A stretch of DNA of 64,000 bases from an uncultured virus (IMG/VR IMGVR_UViG_3300028571_000012) (IMGVR_UViG_3300028571_000012), one strand, 5' to 3'. Counted from the first letter of the stretch, positions 53,460 through 59,746 are shown. Program-made: numbers and translations. Notes: generated by a model not told the origin, from the letters alone.

Positions 53460-53465
53460 ATAAAA

Positions 53466-53542
53466 TGGTACACCGAGTGCGACTCGAACGCACAATCGCC
53501 AGAGCTTAAATCTGGAGGCTTTACCAATTAGCCCACCGGTGC
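53466..53542 (-). tRNA. tRNA-Leu(TAA), short variable loop
   Basis: CCAGA-TT TAA GC-TCTGG, TTCGAGT, CCA. Confidence 0.85.
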
Positions 53543-53545
53543 ATT

Positions 53546-53637
53546 TGGCGGAACGTGCAGGATTCGAACCTGCGACACTCTTTGAAGGAGTGTTCTGCAC
53601 TTTCCAAGTGCAGTCTTCGTCCGTCCAGTCACGTTCC
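53546..53637 (-). tRNA. tRNA-Ser(GGA)
   Basis: TGCAC-TT GGA AA-GTGCA, long variable arm, CCA. Confidence 0.88.
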
Positions 53638-53645
53638 AAGGAAAG

Positions 53646-53717
53646 TCCGCGGGCTTGGATTTGCACCAAGTTGGTCAGATTCACAGTCTGAGGCCTTACT
53701 ACATAGGCTACCCTCGG
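53646..53717 (-). tRNA. tRNA-His(GTG), atypical
   Basis: TCAGA-CT GTG AA-TCTGA; no encoded CCA, lacks G-1/C73. Confidence 0.65.
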
Positions 53718-53794
53718 GAAAATTTGCAAGCATTTCACTTGCGCGCACACTCATTATCCTGGTGAGAAATCCTAAGATTGGCAGTGTGTGTACC

Positions 53795-54523
53795 TTATCC
53801 TAATTGAATTTTTTTGCGTTTGCGTGTAGGACCGCCACTCTCTCTTTTAAAAGAAGCATTGTCCATACCATGAGACAGCACTTTATATTTGTTTTGCACT
53901 TCAACAGTTTGCAGTTCAGGTGCTTGCAGTGAATTAAAAATTTGTGTATAGACAACCACTGGATCCACCGGAAATTTCATGTCTTTCAAACATGGATTTA
54001 AAACCCAGCAGTTGTGATCATCAGAATGTTCGACACCGCGATAATTCAATCCAAACAGCGGAACATCAAGATGTGCATGCAATGCCATCAACTTTTCAGG
54101 TTTGCAATTTGCTTCAAAATTGTTACACACTGCGGTTGAATAGTTGGAAAGGTACTTGAATCTTTTTCCAAGTCTATCATTCTTATAAGCATAAGCTTCA
54201 GCGAATGATACAACAGCGTGTGTTTCATGAATGAGAAAATATGGATGGCCACCAACACAATAAAATGAAATTGGGGCGTTTGAAGTCCAACCATTTTGCA
54301 AACGATAAGTTTTTGAAGGATTAAGTTCACGTATCACAATGGCGCAAAGCTTAAGAAATTGTGATGGATCATTAACATCGTATCCGCCGATTGTGTATCT
54401 TCCAGGAAGCGTTTTATCAACCGTTGGAATCTTTGATGTTTTGCGGTTGTAGACAATTTTAGAATCTTGACCATACTTGGTGCAAAAATCATAATAGTCT
54501 GAAAAGTTTGAATTGATGTACAT
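53795..54523 (-). CDS. hypothetical protein inside RNA array
   Basis: 242-aa ORF; I.S.F.DYYD N-terminus, K...HG.D..SF C-terminus. Confidence 0.65.
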   Translation of the reverse strand: MYINSNFSDYYDFCTKYGQDSKIVYNRKTSKIPTVDKTLPGRYTIGGYDVNDPSQFLKLCAIVIRELNPSKTYRLQNGWTSNAPISFYCVGGHPYFLIHETHAVVSFAEAYAYKNDRLGKRFKYLSNYSTAVCNNFEANCKPEKLMALHAHLDVPLFGLNYRGVEHSDDHNCWVLNPCLKDMKFPVDPVVVYTQIFNSLQAPELQTVEVQNKYKVLSHGMDNASFKRESGGPTRKRKKIQLG

Positions 54524-54542
54524 AATATAAAGTTTGGTAAAA

Positions 54543-54617
54543 TGGTAGGGGCGACAGGAATTGAACCTGCTTACCTTCGATTATGAGTCGAACGCTAGAC
54601 CAATTAGCTACACCCCT
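54543..54617 (-). tRNA. tRNA with CAT anticodon (Ile2 or Met)
   Basis: TTCGA-CT CAT AA-TCGAA, CCA. Confidence 0.85.
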
Positions 54618-54729
54618 TTTTATTTTGCCAATATTGTTTTTTTATTTCGGCAAGTTTTTTCCTTACATGGTTATTCTACTATAAAACAAGGCAGTTGTAA
54701 ACAACTTTTTTCACTTTTTTTCGATAAAA

Positions 54730-54807
54730 TGGCACACCACGTGAGGATCGAACTCACTAAGACGAAAGATTTGGAGTCCTTCCGACTTGCCCACAGTCTG
54801 ATGGTGC
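54730..54807 (-). tRNA. tRNA-Trp(CCA)
   Basis: AAGGA-CT CCA AA-TCTTT, G73, CCA. Confidence 0.85.
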
Positions 54808-54815
54808 GTTGAAAA

Positions 54816-54890
54816 TGGTCCACACTGACGTGTCCGAATCGTCTTGTTTCGCTCTTCAGGCGAACGCTTTACCATATAAGCTAAGTGTGG
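54816..54890 (-). tRNA. tRNA-Phe(GAA)
   Basis: TTCGC-CT GAA GA-GCGAA, CCA. Confidence 0.85.
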
Positions 54891-54898
54891 ATATAAAA

Positions 54899-54987
54899 TG
54901 GAGGGAGCTAGAGGAATCGAACCCCTACCCGCTACAAACGCATAGCCCAGAGTTCAAATCTGGTTTGTCACCTTGACGCTAGCTCCC
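54899..54987 (-). tRNA. tRNA-Ser(TGA)
   Basis: CCAGA-TT TGA AC-TCTGG, long variable arm, CCA. Confidence 0.85.
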
Positions 54988-54994
54988 TAAAAAT

Positions 54995-55043
54995 TGGAAC
55001 AGGCGGCCGGGATCCCAACCCTTGGTTATCCTTGCGGACCTGC
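54995..55043 (-). ncRNA. 49-nt tRNA-like mini RNA ending in CCA
   Basis: GCAGGT/GCCTGT terminal stem plus T-CCA; no anticodon arm. Confidence 0.45.
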
Positions 55044-55054
55044 ATTGTATAAAA

Positions 55055-55086
55055 TGGTACCTTCGGTGTGATTCGAACACACCGTT
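55055..55086 (-). pseudogene. 3' half of split tRNA (T arm, acceptor strand, CCA)
   Basis: GTGTG-TTCGAAT-CACAC-CGAAGGT-A-CCA; pairs 7/7 with GCCTTCG at 55949-55943. Confidence 0.8.
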
Positions 55087-55091
55087 TTAAT

Positions 55092-55806
55092 TTAAATTAT
55101 GGAATAAAGATCTTCGACATCTTCCAATTTTATCTGTCCCGAAATAAATTTTGTGAAATTATTAATTCCATTTTCATTTCTGATTAGAAATATTTTTAAA
55201 TTTGGATTGTCTTTTTTTACTAATCTATATTTGTTTTTATCACGATCTGATAACCAACCTTTAACTTCGATATATGTATGATCGGAAACTTTAAAATCCG
55301 GTGTATAGCACCTATGCTCATCAAACTTAAGTCTTTCCCGAGATATGGTATACCCAAGTTCGATCAATTTTTTCACCTACTTGGGCTTCCCAAGTTCCTT
55401 GAACTTTAAGACCATTGGAAAGAGTATACCATTTTATATGTGGTGATCGTTCTAAATATTCAATTCGGGCCTTAGATAATTTTCGTTTTGATTCCACAGA
55501 ATGACCGTTTAATGATGCCCCAAATTTTTTTCCAACCAATGTTGGTCTTTCTAAACGAGGATCATCATGTTTCGTTATTCCTGCAGACCATCCCATCATT
55601 TTTCTAGTTTCAGATGAATAATTTTTTCTCATGTTTTTCCTGTTTTCTAAATATCCAGGATCTTTATTCTTTAAAAGAAGCGCATCGCTATTTCTTTTCC
55701 TAATAACAGGACAACTGTTGGATGATTTAGAACATATATTTTTACCAACTTTAATAGTCTTAAAAAGTGCTAAGTTGCCACAACCATGTTCACATAAAAT
55801 GTCCAT
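55092..55806 (-). CDS. PD-(D/E)xK homing-type endonuclease with NUMOD3-like region, split by a +1 frameshift
   Basis: HS.ESKRKLS, QGTWE in one frame; YTPDF..YIEVKGW in the next; join at A6 run 55368-55373; late promoter 55811-55818. Confidence 0.75.
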
Positions 55807-55834
55807 ATTTTATTTATAATAGAATCTAAATTAA

Positions 55835-55916
55835 TACCCCGACCGAGACTTGAACTCGGACGTTCTTCCGAACAACAGTTTCTAAGACTATCATGTCTGC
55901 ATTCCATCATCGGGGC
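55835..55916 (-). tRNA. tRNA-Leu(TAG), nested in split tRNA, no encoded CCA
   Basis: GCCCCGA/TCGGGGT acceptor, ATAGT-CT TAG AA-ACTGT, long variable arm. Confidence 0.85.
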
Positions 55917-55919
55917 TTT

Positions 55920-55949
55920 ACGGCGCCTCTACCGTTGGGCTACGAAGGC
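55920..55949 (-). pseudogene. 5' half of split tRNA (Leu-type D arm)
   Basis: GCCTTCG-TA-GCCCAACGGTAGAGGCG then truncation. Confidence 0.8.
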
Positions 55950-55951
55950 AA

Positions 55952-56026
55952 TGGCGCACACAGAAGGACTCGAACCTCCAACATTCTGTTTCGAAGACAG
56001 ACGCTCTTCCATTGAGCTATGCGTGC
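55952..56026 (-). tRNA. tRNA-Arg(TCG)
   Basis: TCTGT-CT TCG AA-ACAGA, CCA. Confidence 0.92.
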
Positions 56027-56036
56027 ATGGAAAATG

Positions 56037-56498
56037 TTATACTTTTGCGCCAACCGCAAGTGCGGCAGCATAAGCTTTAAATTCCGCAGAAGTTTTACCT
56101 TTAACAAAGACACCTTCTGAATCATAACTACGATATTCTGACCATGGCAATGTTCCATCGCTTGTGTTAATAAGACCCGATGGAAGTTTAATGAAAACCT
56201 TTGTATCGCCTCGCATGTATGCAACGCATCCGCTACCGCAATAAATTACATCGTCATTAAGTTGACCATTAATGGATGTGGCATTTTTATCGGTTGCTTT
56301 AAGACCACCGTCAATCATTGGCTTACCAATTCGATCTTCGTTTGAGGCCAAAAAGTTATCATAATTATGTGCTCCTTTTTTAGTCCAAGGAGTATTGCCT
56401 GCGGCAAAAGGAAATTCACCATTTGCTTCAACAATTTGTCCTCCCAAAATTGCTTTTGCGGCAATATACGTTTCATCGTTTGTTTTAATAATATTCAT
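56037..56498 (-). CDS. late protein, probable internal head protein
   Basis: TATAAATA 56508-56515; 22 nt around the start identical to that of 46830-48353; leader ending IVE. Confidence 0.6.
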   Translation of the reverse strand: MNIIKTNDETYIAAKAILGGQIVEANGEFPFAAGNTPWTKKGAHNYDNFLASNEDRIGKPMIDGGLKATDKNATSINGQLNDDVIYCGSGCVAYMRGDTKVFIKLPSGLINTSDGTLPWSEYRSYDSEGVFVKGKTSAEFKAYAAALAVGAKV

Positions 56499-56533
56499 AT
56501 GTATTGTTATTTATACATTTTTTGTTTTGAAAA

Positions 56534-56609
56534 TGGCGCACATGGCGAGTACTGATCTCGCGTCCGAAACATTGACAATGTTCCCATCTGCCATTGAAAG
56601 TACATGTGC
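56534..56609 (-). tRNA. tRNA-Asp(GTC)
   Basis: GAACA-TT GTC AA-TGTTT, G73, CCA. Confidence 0.85.
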
Positions 56610-56613
56610 GTAT

Positions 56614-56640
56614 TGGTGCCTCTGGGAGAATTTGAATCTA
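56614..56640 (-). pseudogene. 3' remnant of a tRNA
   Basis: AGA-TTCAAAT-TCTCC-CAGAGGC-A-CCA without an upstream body. Confidence 0.6.
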
Positions 56641-56656
56641 GATCTTATCAAATAAA

Positions 56657-56734
56657 TGGTGCAGGTGAGAGGATTCGAACCTCCATCGCTCCATTACGGT
56701 GCTACTGCTTAGAAGACAGTTCCGATACACCTGC
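56657..56734 (-). tRNA. D-arm-less tRNA-Arg(TCT)-like RNA
   Basis: GCAGGTG/CACCTGC, 7-nt linker instead of D arm, ACTGT-CT TCT AA-GCAGT, long variable region, canonical T arm, CCA. Confidence 0.7.
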
Positions 56735-57604
56735 TGAAAATTTTCTTTTAAAACATTTAAGTTCATAAAACTCAGGTAAATATCTTTTCATCCACTTTGA
56801 AACATTCTGTGGTTTTTTACCAAGCAGCTTTGAAACTTTATTCACCCACCCAAACTTCGAAAAATCTATACCCGAATTTAAAACCAAGTCTTTATATGGT
56901 TCCCATCTAATGGCTTCTCTTAATAGTATTTTTTCTCCGGGCGCCAATTTTTTTTCTTTAGCTGCTTTGAGTCTTAATATTTCAAAATATTTTTCATAAG
57001 ATGGTTGTTTTCCGATTTTTATTACAGAATCAATGAGTTCATGGTTGTACACAGAAGTATAATGTAATTCAATTAACGTCCATCCGGCTGAGGTGATTAA
57101 ATCATGTCGTTTTTGATAATATTCGGCGAGTGTCCCATCCTTATTATAATGTTGATTTCCATTTACCTCTATTCCAAATTTTAAATCGGGAAAACATATA
57201 TCTATTGAAAAATTTCTATCTTCCAGTGGGCTCCATTCTGAAACAAATGATATCCCCTTTGAGTTAAGATAGGTTTTAAGATATTCACAAGGAACGGATA
57301 TAAATTTAGAATTATTCTTCCAAGGGTGTTTATCCGGATTCTTCTTAAGAAAATCTTTTCTCTTTATTGAGAGATTATTTTTTCTTTCTGCGGAAAAAAC
57401 AATTGGAAATTTCTTACATTCGACACATCGTTTTCCTCTACTATTAAACAGTATTCCACAACGTAGACATGTTTTTTCTTTCCTCTGTTTTCTGTTTGGA
57501 TTTGATTTGCACCACCGTATGTGGTCTCCAATAGATCCTCTAGTTTCATTCGAAATTTCAATACTACAAAATGAACATTTCCTAATTCGAATCTCATTTT
57601 GCAT
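56702..57604 (-). CDS. homing-type endonuclease: Zn-ribbon N-terminus plus Vsr/DUF559-like nuclease
   Basis: CxxC pairs, S.P.E, FSIDI.FP...GIEVNGNQHY, R...I...GW; late promoter 57610-57617. Confidence 0.8.
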   Translation of the reverse strand: MQNEIRIRKCSFCSIEISNETRGSIGDHIRWCKSNPNRKQRKEKTCLRCGILFNSRGKRCVECKKFPIVFSAERKNNLSIKRKDFLKKNPDKHPWKNNSKFISVPCEYLKTYLNSKGISFVSEWSPLEDRNFSIDICFPDLKFGIEVNGNQHYNKDGTLAEYYQKRHDLITSAGWTLIELHYTSVYNHELIDSVIKIGKQPSYEKYFEILRLKAAKEKKLAPGEKILLREAIRWEPYKDLVLNSGIDFSKFGWVNKVSKLLGKKPQNVSKWMKRYLPEFYELKCFKRKFSAGVSELSSKQ

Positions 57605-57632
57605 AAAGTTATTTATACAAGATTCGAATTAG
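57582..57632 (-). promoter_or_regulatory. 13-bp hairpin enclosing late promoter and start codon
   Basis: CTAATTCGAATCT (57582-57594) / AGATTCGAATTAG (57620-57632). Confidence 0.75.
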
Positions 57633-57653
57633 AACGAACGAGGCATAAGAAAA

Positions 57654-57728
57654 TGGTACGCAATGACAGATTTGAACTGCCGACAATCTGAATGTAAATC
57701 AGGGGCTCTACCGCTGAGCTAATTGCGC
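57654..57728 (-). tRNA. tRNA-Val(TAC)
   Basis: CTGA-TT TAC AT-TCAG, CCA. Confidence 0.92.
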
Positions 57729-57736
57729 ATTAAAAA

Positions 57737-57810
57737 TGGTGGGGGATTTGTGAGTTGAACACAAACATCTCGAGTCAAAGTCGAGAGCACTACCATTATG
57801 CTAATCCCCT
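57737..57810 (-). tRNA. tRNA-Gln(TTG)
   Basis: CTCGA-CT TTG AC-TCGAG, CCA. Confidence 0.9.
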
Positions 57811-57819
57811 ATTGAAAAA

Positions 57820-57894
57820 TGGTGAGTCGCCCAGTAATCGAAACTGGATCTCTACGTTCGTAGCGTAGCGTGCTGTCCATTCTACTAACAACTC
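57820..57894 (-). tRNA. tRNA-Arg(ACG)
   Basis: CTACG-CT ACG AA-CGTAG, CCA. Confidence 0.9.
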
Positions 57895-57900
57895 TTAAAT

Positions 57901-57977
57901 TGGTCCTCGATGTTGGGCACGATCCAACGACCTCACGCTTATCAAGCGTGCGCTCTACCAGGCTGAGCTAATCGAGG
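57901..57977 (-). tRNA. tRNA-Ile(GAT)
   Basis: CACGC-TT GAT AA-GCGTG, CCA. Confidence 0.92.
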
Positions 57978-58059
57978 TTTGAAAATTGACCAATTGCCTA
58001 ATCCGCTGCACACTACTTTATCAGGTATAGCCGCTTGCAATCAGGCAATTGGAAATGAA

Positions 58060-58213
58060 TTTGCGGCTCAGGTCGCTATATCGTGCAATGTGTTCCCAAC
58101 CGAAATTGATAACGTCTCGAAAGACTCGATTTCTACCATATGCCGACTGGCGTCTTCCTATGGCTACCTTGCACAAACGTCTTAGTTGACGAATACCCCT
58201 CAATGACCGCAAA
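58060..58213 (-). ncRNA. unidentified multi-stem RNA
   Basis: Nested stems GCGG/CCGC, GTGCAA/TTGCAC, CCATA/TATGG, GTCT-TTCG-AGAC. Confidence 0.55.
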
Positions 58214-58215
58214 AG

Positions 58216-58292
58216 TGGTCGGGACGGCCAGATTCGAACTGACGACATCATGCTCCCAAAGCATGCGCTCTACCAGGCTGAGCTACGTCCCG
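58216..58292 (-). tRNA. tRNA-Pro(TGG)
   Basis: CATGC-TT TGG GA-GCATG, CCA. Confidence 0.95.
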
Positions 58293-58510
58293 TAAAAAAA
58301 TTTATGATTCTCGCCAACCCGAAGATTGTTGCACGCCATCACAGGAATTCCTCCGACGCACACGAGATAACGGATTCAAGGACCCGGGACACCCTTGTTG
58401 ATTGACATTTCAACTTATGGCTTACGATTTTTACCTGACAGCAGGCTTCTTTCATGTGGAGTACAACATGCCGTGCTGTACCATTAGTTCGTACTTATGA
58501 CGCAGAAAAT

Positions 58511-58599
58511 TGGCGGCCCGTTAACATCAAATGGATTTGGAATCCACATGTTCCGCTCATCACTTCACGACGGGCCAAGCGTGAAGCTCAATTGAGCGC
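58511..58599 (-). ncRNA. kink-turn/pseudoknot RNA ending in CCA
   Basis: CGCTCA-ATT-GA/GA-TGAGCG k-turn pattern; loop GGCCCGT pairs with 3' ACGGGCC-G-CCA. Confidence 0.6.
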
Positions 58600-58607
58600 A
58601 AGAAAAA

Positions 58608-58679
58608 CTTTCATGGCAGGCCATTCTCCTGCACTTTCCTTTTTACAACAAAGGGTCCTATTATTTAGACGACATGAAA
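58608..58679 (-). tRNA. degenerate tRNA-Thr(TGT)-like cloverleaf
   Basis: TTTCATG/CATGAAA, CCTTT-GT TGT AA-AAAGG, T loop AGAATGG, no CCA. Confidence 0.5.
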
Positions 58680-58682
58680 AAT

Positions 58683-58773
58683 TGGCTCCCATCCTAGGTA
58701 ACGATCCTAGCCCCCGAATTTCACGGTTCAGTGATTAACAGTCACGCGCGTTCGCCTGCTCGCGTCGATGGGA
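58683..58773 (-). tRNA. tRNA-Asn(GTT) with long variable arm
   Basis: GTGA-CT GTT AA-TCAC, G73, CCA. Confidence 0.8.
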
Positions 58774-58782
58774 TTTGAAAAT

Positions 58783-58857
58783 TGGTGCGCCTCCACGGTA
58801 CTGCCCCGTGTTAGTCTGGTTAAAAGCCAGGTGCTTCACTGTTAAAGCTTGAAGCGC
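58783..58857 (-). tRNA. tRNA-Lys(TTT)
   Basis: CTGG-CT TTT AA-CCAG, CCA; T loop GGCAGTA. Confidence 0.85.
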
Positions 58858-58867
58858 ATATGAAAAT

Positions 58868-58943
58868 TGGAGCCCCCTATCTGATTTGAACAGATAACCT
58901 GCTCATTACAAATGAGCTGCTCTGCCAGTTGAGCTAAGGAGGC
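58868..58943 (-). tRNA. tRNA-Thr(TGT)
   Basis: GCTCA-TT TGT AA-TGAGC, CCA. Confidence 0.95.
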
Positions 58944-58952
58944 ATTAGAAAT

Positions 58953-59027
58953 TGGAGCGCCGAGTCAGAATCGAACTGACTTATAACAGGGTTGCAATCT
59001 GTCGGGTGGCCATTCCCCATTCGGCGC
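58953..59027 (-). tRNA. tRNA-Cys(GCA)
   Basis: ACAG-A TT GCA AC C-CTGT, U73, CCA. Confidence 0.88.
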
Positions 59028-59198
59028 ATAAAGAATTCCAACACGCGCTGAAGTTTGAAAGGTAGAAATTTGTTCAAGTATCCGGTCTTGTCGAGATATT
59101 GTTTTGTTTTAGGTCTTAAAGACTTACTTCCGCACTCGCAGTCACCCTTTCTTTTGGTCTCGTAAATTACAACAGCTAGACCGTCTGTGTTGAAAAAT

Positions 59199-59273
59199 TG
59201 GTACCACAAGAGAATTTTGAAATCTCGACCTGATCCGTATGAAGAATCTGCTCTGCCTCTGAGCTATTGTGGT
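59199..59273 (-). tRNA. tRNA-Met(CAT), elongator-type
   Basis: GATTC-TT CAT AC-GGATC, CCA. Confidence 0.85.
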
Positions 59274-59280
59274 ATAAAAG

Positions 59281-59356
59281 TGGTGGAGGTTGCCGGGCTC
59301 GAACCGACCACACTCTGCTTGCAAAGCAGATGCTCTACCAGATGAGCTAAACCCCC
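59281..59356 (-). tRNA. tRNA-Ala(TGC)
   Basis: G3.U70, TCTGC-TT TGC AA-GCAGA, CCA. Confidence 0.95.
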
Positions 59357-59390
59357 GTTGTTGTTCGGTGTGAACAACTTGTTTTGAAAT

Positions 59391-59464
59391 TGGTGCGTCA
59401 TGTGGTAGTCGAAACCACGCTTTCTGAGTGGAAGTCAGATGTGCTGCCGTAACACTTATGACGC
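59391..59464 (-). tRNA. tRNA-Gly(TCC)
   Basis: TCTGA-CT TCC AC-TCAGA, CCA. Confidence 0.9.
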
Positions 59465-59473
59465 GAAAATCGA

Positions 59474-59573
59474 ATAATACAGACAGAATTGAACTGTCAC
59501 TGCGGCATGTTTGCCTATCCTATCGGACAAGAAACCCTTTGCTTGGGGCGTGCTGCCATTACACTATGTATTA
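59474..59573 (-). ncRNA. tRNA-like RNA with extra arms
   Basis: TAATACA/TGTATTA acceptor, D arm, T arm GACAG-TTCAATT-CTGTC, three small hairpins between. Confidence 0.55.
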
Positions 59574-59577
59574 AAAA

Positions 59578-59650
59578 TGGTGCGGCGGAAGGCAATTGAG
59601 TCCTTCATATTTCACATTACGAGTAAAATATAATCCCGTCGTTCACGCGC
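59578..59650 (-). ncRNA. aberrant tRNA-like RNA (GTA in loop), CCA end
   Basis: 9-bp stem ATATTTTAC/GTGAAATAT, GAAGG/CCTTC arm, ACCA. Confidence 0.5.
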
Positions 59651-59660
59651 ATTGTAAAAT

Positions 59661-59737
59661 TGGTGATGCATACGGGGAACGATCCCGTAGTCTCTTGAGT
59701 GAAAGTCAAGTGTGTTAGCCCGTTACACTAATGCATC
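59661..59737 (-). tRNA. tRNA-Glu(TTC)
   Basis: CTTGA-CT TTC AC-TCAAG, CCA. Confidence 0.9.
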
Positions 59738-59746
59738 ATAGAAAAT

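Noticed and set aside
54899..54987. Selenocysteine tRNA
   Set aside because: Anticodon is TGA (Ser), not TCA
55055..55949. Group I intron in a tRNA
   Set aside because: The insert is filled by a tRNA and an ORF, with no room for a recognisable catalytic core, and the anticodon arm is missing from both halves
53466..56734. Suppressor tRNAs or stop-codon recoding (TTA or CTA in loops at 53466 and 56657)
   Set aside because: Stem-defined 7-nt loops give TAA and TCT anticodons; core genes are intact in the standard code and end at TAA, TAG and TGA
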